Positions 15,912 through 24,937 of a DNA stretch of 64,000 nt are shown piece after piece. The stretch is from positions 1 through 64,000 of the forward strand of contig JAJPHT010000015.1 of assembly GCA_021325135.1 (NCBI GenBank), given 5' to 3'. Each line of letters begins with the position of its first letter. Position 1 is the first letter of the stretch. The notes beneath the pieces are model-generated. The model saw nothing but the letters and a program-made list of their open reading frames with translations. It was not told the DNA's origin and searched no databases. A program made the position numbers and the translations under genes. The DNA comes from Pseudomonadota bacterium. GTDB lineage: Archaea; Thermoplasmatota; SW-10-69-26; JACQPN01; JAJPHT01.

Positions 15912-16343
15912 CTACGGCTCGACGACGATCAGCCCGTGCATCTCCGGGTGGAGCTTGCAGTAGTAGGGCAGCGCGAAGGAGCCGTCGGGGAGCGCCTTCG
16001 CCGTCGCGCAGGTGGAGGTCGTGGGCACGCCGCCGACGTCGTAGGTGGCCTGGAGCTCGCTGCCCACGATGGTCAGCGTCACGGGCGTGCTGGCCGCGGT
16101 GTTGCTGTACGTGACGCGGAAGCACGTGTCGGTCACCTGGATGCCGGAGCCGTCGGCGTTGACGTGCGTGATGTCCAGGGCGGTCCACGAGACGGTGGAG
16201 CCGCTCGTGACGATGGCGACCGGCGTCACGAAGCCGAGGGCCGAGCCCTGGAGCCCGCACGGGTTGGCGCAGGTGGCGGGGACGGCGGCGATGGAGAGGC
16301 CGGAGACGGCCAGCAGGGCGAAGAGGGGAAGGGTCAGACGCAT
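15912..16343 (-). CDS. Secreted cupredoxin-like (blue copper) protein
   Basis: Signal peptide; GSTVSW...H; C-terminal YYCKLHPEMHGLIVV type-1 Cu loop. Confidence 0.82.
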   Translation of the reverse strand: MRLTLPLFALLAVSGLSIAAVPATCANPCGLQGSALGFVTPVAIVTSGSTVSWTALDITHVNADGSGIQVTDTCFRVTYSNTAASTPVTLTIVGSELQATYDVGGVPTTSTCATAKALPDGSFALPYYCKLHPEMHGLIVVEP

Positions 16344-16348
16344 GGGGA

Positions 16349-18187
16349 TCACCAGAGGTTGAGGTTGAGGTCGAGAGGGGTGTTGACGTCGGCGCCCGCG
16401 ACCCAGACGGCGTTGTCCTGGGCCTGCGAGGGGCCGCCGATGTACGTGTCGGCGCCGCCGACGTCGAGGTAGTCGCCCACCACGTTGCCGCCGTAGCCGT
16501 TGATGTCGATGAGCGTGGAGCCGCCGGCGAGCACGCCGCGGCCCTGCATGACGGAGCCGCCGGCACCGTTGGCGTTCATCTCGTGGTGGTCGTTGCCGCC
16601 CACGTCGATGAACAGGCCGTAGGCAGCGCCGATGCCGCCGAAGCCCTCGTTCATGGTGTGCGCCTGGTAGGGGCTGATGGAGGTGCCCTCGTACCAGTCG
16701 TCGCCGCCGAGGTCGAGGAAGACGCCGGCGCCGCCGAGGCTGCCGGTTCCATACTCGCAGTTGAGCAGGGGGTTGATCCACGGGTTCGTCGCGTGGTCCG
16801 TGACCTCGTACTCGTCGTTGCCGCCGTCGTCCACCATGACGCCCAGGCCCGCGAAGGCGCCGAAGCCCATGGCGTAGAAGTCGGTGGTGACGCCCTCGTC
16901 GTCGGCGTAGTACGTGTCGGCCGCGCCGCCCTGGTCGACCAGGACGCCCGTGCCGCCGTAGAAGCCGGTGCCGTCGGTGTAGATGCCCTCGAAGCCGGCG
17001 CCGTTGGGGATGCCCAGGCCGTGGCTGAGCCACTGGTCCCAGCCGCCCGCGTCGGCGCTGATGCCCACGCCGCCCAGCCCGCCGAAGCCCTGGCCGAACT
17101 CCCAGATGCTCTCGCCCGTGCTCTGCACGTTGAGGTCGTAGACGTCGTTGCCGCCGGTGTCCAGCAGGAGGCCGTAGCCCGCCTCGCCGAAGCCCTGCGC
17201 GCCGCCGTCCACGTACTGGAAGAAGGGGAAGCCGCTGCTGCGCGTCATGGTGGAGTGGTACTGGTCGTCGCCCGCGACGTCGTAGAGGACGCCCAGGCCG
17301 CCCAGGATGCCCGCACCCTGCGCAAGGCTGGGCGCGCCGTTGTACGTGTACACGTCGTTGCCGGCGAGGTCCAGCGCGACCGCGACCGCGAGGCCGTTGC
17401 ACACCGCGAACTCGTCGGTGAGGTCGGGGCACGCCGCGGCGGTGCGGACGTTGTAGTGGTCGTTGCCCGCGGGGTCCACGACGAGGATCGGGTCCTGGCC
17501 CGAGTACGTGTCGTCGCCGGTGCTGCCGAGGATCACGAAGCCGAAGGGGTCCTTGAAGATCGGCGTGGAAGTGCGGGGGAACGCGGGGACCGCCTGGCGG
17601 AACGCGTTCATCGCCGCGACGAGGCCGTCGGCGCGCGCCACCATGGCGTCGCGCTGCTCGGCCGTGAGCAGGGGCGCGCGGCTTGTGAGCGGGTCCGAGA
17701 CGCGGGCCTTCACGTCCTTGGCGATGGGAAGCTGGCCCTCGTAGGCGTCCGCGACGGCCTTCACGAGGTCCGCGAAGGGCCCGCGCACGTCGGCGGGCAC
17801 GGCCGCGGCGCGCGCGGCGAGGTCGGCGGCGTCCGCCGGGTGGCCCGCGAGGGCGTCCAGGCGGCCCACCTGGGCCGCGAGGTCCGCGTGCGCGGCGGGC
17901 GCGGGGGCGCCCAGCGCCGCGAGGCGCGCGGGCGAGGCCACGCGCGTCCAGTCCGCGGGCGAGCGGCCGTTGAACGAGCCGTGCAGCGACGCCTGGGCGT
18001 TGGCCACGGGGTCGGAGCCCGTCTTCGCCGGGACGGACCAGAGGGCGGAGACGGCGGGGTCCGCCGCCAGCTCACCAAGGGTCCTGTAGTCGTGGGCGCT
18101 CGCCACGGGCGTCCTCAAGCCCATGGCGGCGCCGAGTCCTGCGGTGGTGACTAGCGCGATCAGAATGATAGCAGCTGCGCGTCGCAA
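16349..18187 (-). CDS. Secreted protein with repeated GxG..GxLxDxxG[ND]DxY units
   Basis: Signal peptide; about ten repeats such as DPAGNDHY, DLAGNDVY, DVAGDDQY, DTGGNDVY. Confidence 0.8.
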   Translation of the reverse strand: MRRAAAIILIALVTTAGLGAAMGLRTPVASAHDYRTLGELAADPAVSALWSVPAKTGSDPVANAQASLHGSFNGRSPADWTRVASPARLAALGAPAPAAHADLAAQVGRLDALAGHPADAADLAARAAAVPADVRGPFADLVKAVADAYEGQLPIAKDVKARVSDPLTSRAPLLTAEQRDAMVARADGLVAAMNAFRQAVPAFPRTSTPIFKDPFGFVILGSTGDDTYSGQDPILVVDPAGNDHYNVRTAAACPDLTDEFAVCNGLAVAVALDLAGNDVYTYNGAPSLAQGAGILGGLGVLYDVAGDDQYHSTMTRSSGFPFFQYVDGGAQGFGEAGYGLLLDTGGNDVYDLNVQSTGESIWEFGQGFGGLGGVGISADAGGWDQWLSHGLGIPNGAGFEGIYTDGTGFYGGTGVLVDQGGAADTYYADDEGVTTDFYAMGFGAFAGLGVMVDDGGNDEYEVTDHATNPWINPLLNCEYGTGSLGGAGVFLDLGGDDWYEGTSISPYQAHTMNEGFGGIGAAYGLFIDVGGNDHHEMNANGAGGSVMQGRGVLAGGSTLIDINGYGGNVVGDYLDVGGADTYIGGPSQAQDNAVWVAGADVNTPLDLNLNLW

Positions 18188-18255
18188 GCGTGTGCCTCCG
18201 AGGACGGAGCCGCCGCGCTCGCTATGTAGCTCTGGCTACAAACTTGAATCCAATG

Positions 18256-18558
18256 TCAAAAATCCTCCAAGCCTCGCTTGTGGCGAGGCGGGCGGTAGAA
18301 GAGCGCGGTGTGGCCGCGCACCTCCACCAGGCGGACCCGGGCGGCGGCGGCCAGCTGCTTCGCCAGGTCCTTCGCGTCGGCGTCCTCCCGGGCGCCGCGG
18401 AGGATGCGGACCTTGATCAGGGGCTCGCGCTCCAGGCGCTGCTGAAGCTCCTTCACCACGCCCTCGCTGACGCCCTCCTTCCCCACCTGGAAGGCGACGG
18501 GAAGGGTTTGCCCGCTGGCGCGCAGGGCGGCGAGGTCATGGCTCGTCAGGTCGGCCAT
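18256..18558 (-). CDS. yhbY: YhbY/CRM RNA-binding protein
   Basis: FQVGKEGVSEGVV...LIKVRIL...VEVRGHTALFYR. Confidence 0.92.
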   Translation of the reverse strand: MADLTSHDLAALRASGQTLPVAFQVGKEGVSEGVVKELQQRLEREPLIKVRILRGAREDADAKDLAKQLAAAARVRLVEVRGHTALFYRPPRHKRGLEDF

Positions 18559-18880
18559 GGGCCGCCGATGCCGGTCCCCGTGATAAGACCTTCCGCCGCA
18601 CGCGCCCGCACGCCAGGCACGTCGTGACGCGCCGCCCCTCCCGGACGCGCACGCGCGACGTGACGCCCGGCTGGAGGAACGCGAAGCAGCCGCGGCACAC
18701 CCGCGAGTCGAGGGCCAGGCCGCGAAGCTGGTAGCGCGTCTTCACCCGCCACGCCAGCTGCGCGTAGCGGTCCGCCCGGTCTCGGCGCCCCGCCCGCAGC
18801 GCCTCCTGGGCCAGGTCGACGAGCCGCGCCACGCGCTCGCGGGCGACGTCGCGCTCCTCGCCCTTGTTGCGCCGGACCAC
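18536..18880 (-). CDS. rnp4: RNase P protein component 4 (Rpp21)
   Basis: VARERVARL...ADRY...CRGC..L.PG..RVR...TCLACG..RR; adjacent to yhbY. Confidence 0.9.
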   Translation of the reverse strand: MVRRNKGEERDVARERVARLVDLAQEALRAGRRDRADRYAQLAWRVKTRYQLRGLALDSRVCRGCFAFLQPGVTSRVRVREGRRVTTCLACGRVRRKVLSRGPASAAHGRPDEP

Positions 18881-18995
18881 GCCCCGCAGACGCGCCCGCG
18901 CCGGATGAGCCCTCCGAGGGCGCCCACTCCCCCGAAGCTTTCATAGAGGGGCAGAACTTCTCGCGCCACCCCCTGAGGATGACTCAGGCGTCTTT

Positions 18996-19079
18996 GCGGA
19001 CGTCGCCTAGCCCGGTATGGCGCGGCACTGGAAATGCCGTGTCTGAAAGGACCCGGGAGTTCAAATCTCACCGTCCGCG
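18996..19079 (+). tRNA. tRNA-Ser(GGA)
   Basis: Acceptor stem GCGGACG/CGTCCGC with discriminator G; anticodon arm CGGCA-CT GGA AA-TGCCG; long variable arm; T-loop TTCAAAT; no encoded CCA and no intron. Confidence 0.93.
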
Positions 19080-19107
19080 CTTCCTTTGCCCACGCAGGGT
19101 GCTGCAT

Positions 19108-19668
19108 TCACCTCAGCGTGATCGTCGTGTCCGCCCCGTAGGTGGGGGGCGTCCGGAAGTCGGCGTCCAGGGGGGCGCCCGTCTCGGGGAGGAGCGTCAT
19201 CTGGACAGGCTGGCGGGGCGCGAGGGGCGCGCCAAGCTGGAGCTGGAGCCGGACGAGGTCGCCCGCGAAGAGGACGGCGCTGTGGTTCGTTCCGCGGATC
19301 CACGAGGTCGAGAAGCCGGGCGCTCCGTAGGAGTACGTGGCGACGTGCGTGCCGTCAGAGACCCGCAGCAGGAGCCTCGTGAGGTCCATGGGGGGCGCGC
19401 CGGCGGCAAGCTCCAGGTGGACCTCGACGGCGTCGACGTCCGCGCCCGTGCCGTTGCGCGCGCCGTAGACGCCCACGATCCGGAGGTTGGAGGACACCTC
19501 CGCGGTGGCCTCCTGGCCCGTGCTCTGGGCGCGCGCCTGGAGCGTGCCGGTCGTGCCGATGAGCACGGCCGCGGCGACGGCGGCCACGAGCACCATGGCG
19601 ATGAAGACGATGAGGGTGCCGACGCCGACCTCGGCGCGGTCCGTGGGGAAGGGGCGGTTGCTGTTCAG
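19108..19668 (-). CDS. flaB: Archaellin 3 (non-canonical CTG start or 1-nt frameshift at the 5' end)
   Basis: DRAEVGVGTLIVFIAMVLVAAVAAAVLI is in frame upstream of the ORF-track ATG; no in-frame ATG/GTG/TTG precedes it; GGTGA lies before CTG 19668. Confidence 0.85.
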   Translation of the reverse strand: MNSNRPFPTDRAEVGVGTLIVFIAMVLVAAVAAAVLIGTTGTLQARAQSTGQEATAEVSSNLRIVGVYGARNGTGADVDAVEVHLELAAGAPPMDLTRLLLRVSDGTHVATYSYGAPGFSTSWIRGTNHSAVLFAGDLVRLQLQLGAPLAPRQPVQMTLLPETGAPLDADFRTPPTYGADTTITLR

Positions 19669-19741
19669 CGCATCACCGCGCCCCCCGTCGGCGCCGCGAA
19701 GGGATGGCCCCCTCGCGACCGCACAAAGGGACGCGGCCGGA

Positions 19742-20305
19742 TCACCGCAGCGTGACGGTGGTGTCGGTGCCGTAGGTGGAGGGCGTCTTGAAGTCCGCGC
19801 TGACGGGCGAGCCCGTCTCGGGGACCAGGGTCACCTGCACGGGAGTGCGCGGCGGCACGAGGGTGCCCAGGTTGAACGACAGCTCGACCAGGTCGCCGCT
19901 GGTCATGACGCCGCTGTTGTTGGTGCCTCGGATCCACGACGTGGAGAAGCCCGGCGCGCCGTAGGAGTAGGTGTAGACGTTGGTGCCGTCCGAGTAGCGG
20001 ATGATCAGCTTGGTCAGGTCCATGGGCAGGGCGCCGGCGGAAAGCTCCGTCTGCGTCTTGATGGTGTAGACATCGACGCTCGTGCTGTTCCGCACGCCGT
20101 AGACGCCGGTCACCTTGAGGTTGGACGCGACCTCCTGGGTCGCCTCCTTGCCGGTGCTCTGCGCCCTCTGCTGCAACGTGCCAGTGGTGTTGATGAGCAC
20201 GGCGGCCGCGACCGCGGCCACGAGGACCATCGCGATGAACACGATGAGCGTGCCCACGCCGACCTCGGCGCGGTCGGAGCGGTGGAAGACCCGGCGTGAC
20301 GTCAT
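19742..20305 (-). CDS. flaB: Archaellin 2
   Basis: Class III signal DRA/EVGVGTLIVFIAMVLVAAVAAAVLINT..LQQRA..TG. Confidence 0.95.
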   Translation of the reverse strand: MTSRRVFHRSDRAEVGVGTLIVFIAMVLVAAVAAAVLINTTGTLQQRAQSTGKEATQEVASNLKVTGVYGVRNSTSVDVYTIKTQTELSAGALPMDLTKLIIRYSDGTNVYTYSYGAPGFSTSWIRGTNNSGVMTSGDLVELSFNLGTLVPPRTPVQVTLVPETGSPVSADFKTPSTYGTDTTVTLR

Positions 20306-20398
20306 GGGAATCGCGTGCCCGCCACCGCAGGACCCCGACATGATGGGTTGTCTGTCAGATTGGGCAACGATCTCAGGCAAGAGGGGGAGCGTGGAGTT

Positions 20399-20447
20399 GG
20401 AAGGAGGAAAGGGAAAAGAAGGGGCCGCCGCCGGGGGGCGACGGCCC
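20399..20447 (-). terminator. Hairpin plus pyrimidine tract after archaellin 1
   Basis: gggccgtcgcc..ggcggcggccc followed by cttcttttccctttcc on the minus strand. Confidence 0.55.
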
Positions 20448-20458
20448 GGGGCGCCGCT

Positions 20459-21025
20459 TCAGCGCAGCGTGATGGTCGTGTCCGTGCCGTAGGTCGAGGG
20501 CGTCTTGAAGTCCGCGTTGACCGGGCTGCCGGTCTCGGGGATCAGGACGACCTGGACGGAGGTGCGCGTGGGCAGCGTGGTGCTGATCAGGTTGAACGAC
20601 AGCTCCACGAGGTCGCCGCTGGCCATGACGCCGCTGTTGTTGGTGCCGCGCACCCAGGTGGGCGAGAAGCCGCTGGGGCCGCCGTAGGCGTAGGTGTTGA
20701 CGGTGCTGCCGTCGGAGTAGCGGATGATCAGCTTGGTCAGGTCCATGGGGAGCGCGCCCGCCGACAGCTCGACCTGGCTCTTGACAGTCCAGATGTCGTG
20801 GCTGGTGTCGTTGCGCACGCCGTAGACGCCCGCGACCTTCAGGTTGGACGCGACCTCCTGGGTCGCCTCCTTGCCGGTCGACTGGGCGCGCTGCTGGAGG
20901 GTGCCGGTGGTGTTGATCAGCACCGCGGCAGCCACGGCCGCGACGAGGACCATGGCGATGAACACGATGAGCGTACCGACGCCGACCTCGGCGCGGTCGT
21001 TCACGAACTTCTGGTTGGCCTTCAT
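20459..21025 (-). CDS. flaB: Archaellin 1
   Basis: MKANQKFVNDRAEVGVGTLIVFIAMVLV; AGGTGA RBS. Confidence 0.95.
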   Translation of the reverse strand: MKANQKFVNDRAEVGVGTLIVFIAMVLVAAVAAAVLINTTGTLQQRAQSTGKEATQEVASNLKVAGVYGVRNDTSHDIWTVKSQVELSAGALPMDLTKLIIRYSDGSTVNTYAYGGPSGFSPTWVRGTNNSGVMASGDLVELSFNLISTTLPTRTSVQVVLIPETGSPVNADFKTPSTYGTDTTITLR

Positions 21026-21155
21026 GGGTTTGGTCACCTGAGGTGAGGTCGCGCCTTGGACGTATTTCAACGGGTAGGTGGAGGCTGTTTCGGCGAGCCT
21101 GCGAGGCCGCCGGAGGCTTCAAGACCGGCTTCCGGCGCGCCCCCTTGGGGCCCCC

Positions 21156-22253
21156 TCAGGGCGCCTGCGTGTCGCGGGACGCCAGCAGGGCGTCGACCTC
21201 CGCGAGGGCGCGCTCGGCCAGCTTGCGCGCGGCGCGGTGGTCCAGGCGGCGCGTCCAGAGCGCCAGGAGGCCCGGCCCGCCCAGGCCCAGCCTGCCGCCG
21301 CTGGCGTTGGGGTGGCCCCCTCCGCCGAACGCCTGCGCGACGGTGTGGCACACCGGGACGTCCTTGCGGCTGCGCAGGCTGAAGGCGCCCGTGGGCTTGA
21401 CCAGGATGGAGAGGTCCGCGCCCTTCTCCTCCAGCGCGTGCAGCGTCTCGTTGGTGGGGACGCGGCCGTAGGCGAGGCCGATCCTCGCGCGCTTGCCGCG
21501 CACGATGCGGCTGCGCTTCAGGGCCCAGCGCACCAGCTCCGCGTTCTCCTTGCGGTCCTTCGCGGCCCACCGCTCCAGGGTCGCGTCCACGATGGTCCGC
21601 TTGCGCAGGAGGTGGCGGATCCAGCGCTCGCTGCCGGCCTCGACCACGGCGTGGAAGAGCGTGATGCTGCGCGGGTCCTGCCGCAGCCACAGGTCGTGGT
21701 CGCGCGCGACGGCGGCCAGCTCCGCGGCCCACTTGTCGCCGGGGAGGAGCGCCTTCTGGACGAGGGAGGCGCCCGACTCCTGCGCGCTGAAGTCGACGGT
21801 GAGGTCGCACCCCGCGCGGAAGGCGTCCAGGTCCACGCCCTCCCACTGCTTGTGGTGGTGGTCGCGCCACGCGACGCGCCAGCCGTCCTCGGCCAGGTTG
21901 CGCAGCGTCTCGGCGGCGCGCTGCCCCTCGCCGCGCTGGAGAGAGAGGTCGCTGATGACGAGCCCGCGCGCGCGGCTGGGGACGCGCGTGAGCAATTCTA
22001 GCGCGTCCACCGTCTCGTGCGGCTCCAGGAAGATCGTCTCCACCGCGCCGTCGCCGTAGGCCGCGCGCACGAGCACGTCGCACGTCGCGCCGTCCATGCA
22101 GTCGCCGTGCGTGAAGTGGACGATGGTGCTGGCGGCGTAGGCCTTGCGGTAGAACTCCCGCTCGAAGCGCCAGTCCTTGTACGCGCCCGGCCGGAAGAAC
22201 GACGGGGGCGGGAGGCCAGGCAGCACGCCCGCGGAGTCCCGGGGCGGATTCAA
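21156..22253 (-). CDS. DHH/DHHA1 family phosphoesterase (start uncertain)
   Basis: THGDCMDG, ISDLS, DHH, SLRS, GGGGHPNASG. Confidence 0.88.
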   Translation of the reverse strand: MNPPRDSAGVLPGLPPPSFFRPGAYKDWRFEREFYRKAYAASTIVHFTHGDCMDGATCDVLVRAAYGDGAVETIFLEPHETVDALELLTRVPSRARGLVISDLSLQRGEGQRAAETLRNLAEDGWRVAWRDHHHKQWEGVDLDAFRAGCDLTVDFSAQESGASLVQKALLPGDKWAAELAAVARDHDLWLRQDPRSITLFHAVVEAGSERWIRHLLRKRTIVDATLERWAAKDRKENAELVRWALKRSRIVRGKRARIGLAYGRVPTNETLHALEEKGADLSILVKPTGAFSLRSRKDVPVCHTVAQAFGGGGHPNASGGRLGLGGPGLLALWTRRLDHRAARKLAERALAEVDALLASRDTQAP

Positions 22254-22280
22254 AAGGGTTCCGGGTCGAAGGCGGAGCCC

Positions 22281-23978
22281 TCAGGCCGCGTGCGCGTCTC
22301 CAGGGGCCGCCACCGGGCGCGCAGGCTGCCCCGCGAGGGCGCGCGCCCGCGCGACGGCGTCGGGGAACGTGGGGAAGACGTTCTCGGGCCCGACGCGCGC
22401 GAGGAGGCCGAAGCGCCCCATCTTGGCGCGCGTCTCGTCGGGCACGTGGGAGAGGAGCACCCACTGGCCGTTGCGGTGCAGGCGCTCCACGGCGCGCTCG
22501 AAGGTGCGCAGGCCCGTCTCGTCGATGGCGGTCACGCTGTTCATGCGGAACACGATGACCTTGAGGCTCTTGAGGTCCGCGCGCTCGAAGGTCTGCGTGA
22601 AGCGGTTGGCGGCCCCGAAGAAGAGGGGGCCCCGGATCTCGTACACGAGCACGTCCTTCTCCAGGCCTTCGAGCCCCCTGCGCTCGGTGCCGGTCCACTC
22701 GGGCTCGCCCACGAAGTTCGTCATGTCCACCATGCGGCGGATGAAGAGGAACGCCGAGAGCACGACGCCCACGATCACGGCCTCCACGAGGCCCGACCAG
22801 ACGACGACGAACGTGGTGACGAGCATGACGGCGGTGTCGCTCTTGGGCGCCTTGTGGGCCTCGAAGATCGCGCGCCACTCCACCATGCCGAAGCCTGTCG
22901 TGAGCAGGATGCCCGCGAGGACCGCCAGCGGGATGTACGTCGCGAGCCCCGCCGCCAGGAGCACGATGGCGAGGAGGATGATCGCATGCGCCATGCCCGA
23001 GAGGCGGCTGCGCCCGCCGTTCTTCACGTTGACCATGGTGCGCACCGCGGCGCCGCACGCCTGGTTCGCGCCCAGCGCGCCGGCCGCGGCGTTGGCGACG
23101 CCCTGCGCGACGAGCTCGCGGTTGCCGCGCGTCTTGTTGCCCACGACGGCGTCTGCGAGCACGCAGGTGAGGAGCGTGTCGAGGCTGCTGATGGCGGCGA
23201 GGCCCAGGGCGCCCACGACGAGGTCGCGGGTCCACTCGGGGTGCCGCGCGAAGAGGCCGAGGTCCAGCGCGAGGTGCGGGAGGCCCTGCGGCAGGGGCTG
23301 GATGTGGCGCACGCCCGCGAGGGCCGGAAGGAGCGTCGCGCCCAACGTGAGGACCACCAGCGCCAGCAGGCTCCCGGGGACCTTCTTGAGAAGGCCCGCG
23401 ACGCCGCGGTCGGGCGCGCGGCGCATGAGGCGCGGATAGAGCCACGTCACGGCGAACGCCAGGGCGCACAGCAGCGCGGCGACGTAGACGACGCCCGGGG
23501 CGCGGCCTGATAGCATGTCGAGGAGGCCGCGCCAGTAGTCGTACCCCGCGGCGGGCTCGCTGGGCGCGATCACGTACTGGAGGCCGCTCCAGAGGATGAT
23601 CAGCGCGATGCCGTTCATGAAGCCCGTGACCACCGGGTACGGGATGTACTCGATGACGCGCGCGAGGCGGAGGACGCCGAAGAGGACCTGGAAGAGGCCG
23701 GAAAGCGCGACGGCCAGGAAGCCGAAGAGGATGGCGTCGCCGCTGGCGAAGCCGCCGTGCGTCGCGACGAGGCCCGCGGTGAACACCGCGAGGACGCCCG
23801 TGGGGCCCGTGATGGCGTAGCGGGCGCCGCCCAGCATCGCCGCGAGGAAGCCCGCGACGATGGCGCTCCAGAGCCCGGCCGCGGGGCCGTAGACGGGGCC
23901 GAACGCGATGAGGCCGAACGCCAGCGCGAGGGGCAGCGCGACCACGGCCACCGTGAGGCCGGCCAGCAGGTTCGGCAC
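22281..23978 (-). CDS. SulP family anion transporter with STAS domain (start uncertain)
   Basis: LLAGLTVAVVALPLALAF, ITGPTG, PYPVVTGF, NRELVAQG.AN, GPLFFGAA. Confidence 0.92.
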   Translation of the reverse strand: MPNLLAGLTVAVVALPLALAFGLIAFGPVYGPAAGLWSAIVAGFLAAMLGGARYAITGPTGVLAVFTAGLVATHGGFASGDAILFGFLAVALSGLFQVLFGVLRLARVIEYIPYPVVTGFMNGIALIILWSGLQYVIAPSEPAAGYDYWRGLLDMLSGRAPGVVYVAALLCALAFAVTWLYPRLMRRAPDRGVAGLLKKVPGSLLALVVLTLGATLLPALAGVRHIQPLPQGLPHLALDLGLFARHPEWTRDLVVGALGLAAISSLDTLLTCVLADAVVGNKTRGNRELVAQGVANAAAGALGANQACGAAVRTMVNVKNGGRSRLSGMAHAIILLAIVLLAAGLATYIPLAVLAGILLTTGFGMVEWRAIFEAHKAPKSDTAVMLVTTFVVVWSGLVEAVIVGVVLSAFLFIRRMVDMTNFVGEPEWTGTERRGLEGLEKDVLVYEIRGPLFFGAANRFTQTFERADLKSLKVIVFRMNSVTAIDETGLRTFERAVERLHRNGQWVLLSHVPDETRAKMGRFGLLARVGPENVFPTFPDAVARARALAGQPARPVAAPGDAHAA

Positions 23979-24139
23979 GGGGTCCGCGAAGGTCTCGCGG
24001 ACGTCCTCGCGCAGGGCTCGGAGGAAGGGGCGGCGCGCGGTCTCAGACGTGGGGGATCGCCAGGCCCCCGCATCTCCCTGGGTGACGTAAACCTTCGCGG
24101 AAAGCCGAAGGGACCGTTCGATGATCGCGAAACGACCAA

Positions 24140-24262
24140 GGGGGGTTCGGGGGGCGAAGCCCCCTGACGTGAAGGAACGTCGAGCAGACGACTGAAACGT
24201 CAGGGGGGCGAGCCCCCCTGAAACCCCCCCTTTTTGCCGCGCTGCGGCGCGGCCGGACGACG
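24140..24262. repeat. REP/MITE-like palindromic element, copy 1
   Basis: gggggttcggggggcgaagccccctgacgtgaa...cagacgactgaaacgtcaggggggcgagcccccctgaaacccccc plus right arm gccgcgctgcggcgcggccggacgacg. Confidence 0.88.
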
Positions 24263-24271
24263 CCCGACGCC

Positions 24272-24937
24272 TTAGACGGTGGCCGAGAACCCGCACGAGG
24301 GGCAGGTGACCGCCAGCGGGCGGACGCCCTCTGCGGAGAACTCGTTCGAGCAGGAGGGGCAGCGCAGCGTGATGCGCTCCGGCGCGGGCGCCTCCATGGG
24401 GAGGGGAGCTTCCACCAGGCCCTCGATGGCGGGGATCTCCACCTCGTGGCGCGCGGGCTCCGGGGCGGGGGGAGGCGCGCTGCGGGCGCGGAAGGAGAAG
24501 AGGGTGCCCGACGAGGCGGCGCCCTCCACGGCGGGCGCCTCGCGCTTGCCCTTGCGCGCGGGGAGGCTGAACGAGAAGCGCTTCTTCTGCGGGGGCTCGG
24601 CCACGGTGGGCGGGGCCTTCGCCTCCGCGAGGCCGACCTCGGTGAGCTTCAGCGCGTCGTGCTGGAGCGTCTGGCGCTTCATGCGCTGCGCGCGGGCGGC
24701 CATGATGGCACGGCCCCACGCGGAGACGAGGATGCCGCCCAGCGCCACGACGCCACCCGCGAGCGCGACGTACGCGTAGGTGATGTCGTACACGCGCGTG
24801 CCGCTGTAGGCGTACATCGCGATGAGGAGGCCGACGATGGACAGGCCGAGGCCGATCCACACCGACACGTGCGTCGCGGGCTGGGCCCGCTTCTGCGCCG
24901 TGGCCACGGGGGCCGATCCTGCGTCCCCGCACATCAA
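24272..24937 (-). CDS. Two-TM membrane protein with Pro-rich linker and C-terminal zinc ribbon
   Basis: Two hydrophobic helices; TLRCPSC...RPL..TCPSCG. Confidence 0.75.
   Translation of the reverse strand: MMCGDAGSAPVATAQKRAQPATHVSVWIGLGLSIVGLLIAMYAYSGTRVYDITYAYVALAGGVVALGGILVSAWGRAIMAARAQRMKRQTLQHDALKLTEVGLAEAKAPPTVAEPPQKKRFSFSLPARKGKREAPAVEGAASSGTLFSFRARSAPPPAPEPARHEVEIPAIEGLVEAPLPMEAPAPERITLRCPSCSNEFSAEGVRPLAVTCPSCGFSATV

Noticed and set aside
18996-19079. tRNA-Ser as an integration site
   Set aside because: I saw no duplicated tRNA 3' end and no integrase in the window.
19108-21025. Archaellin near-repeats as DGR template/variable repeats
   Set aside because: No reverse transcriptase, and the differences are not adenine-specific.
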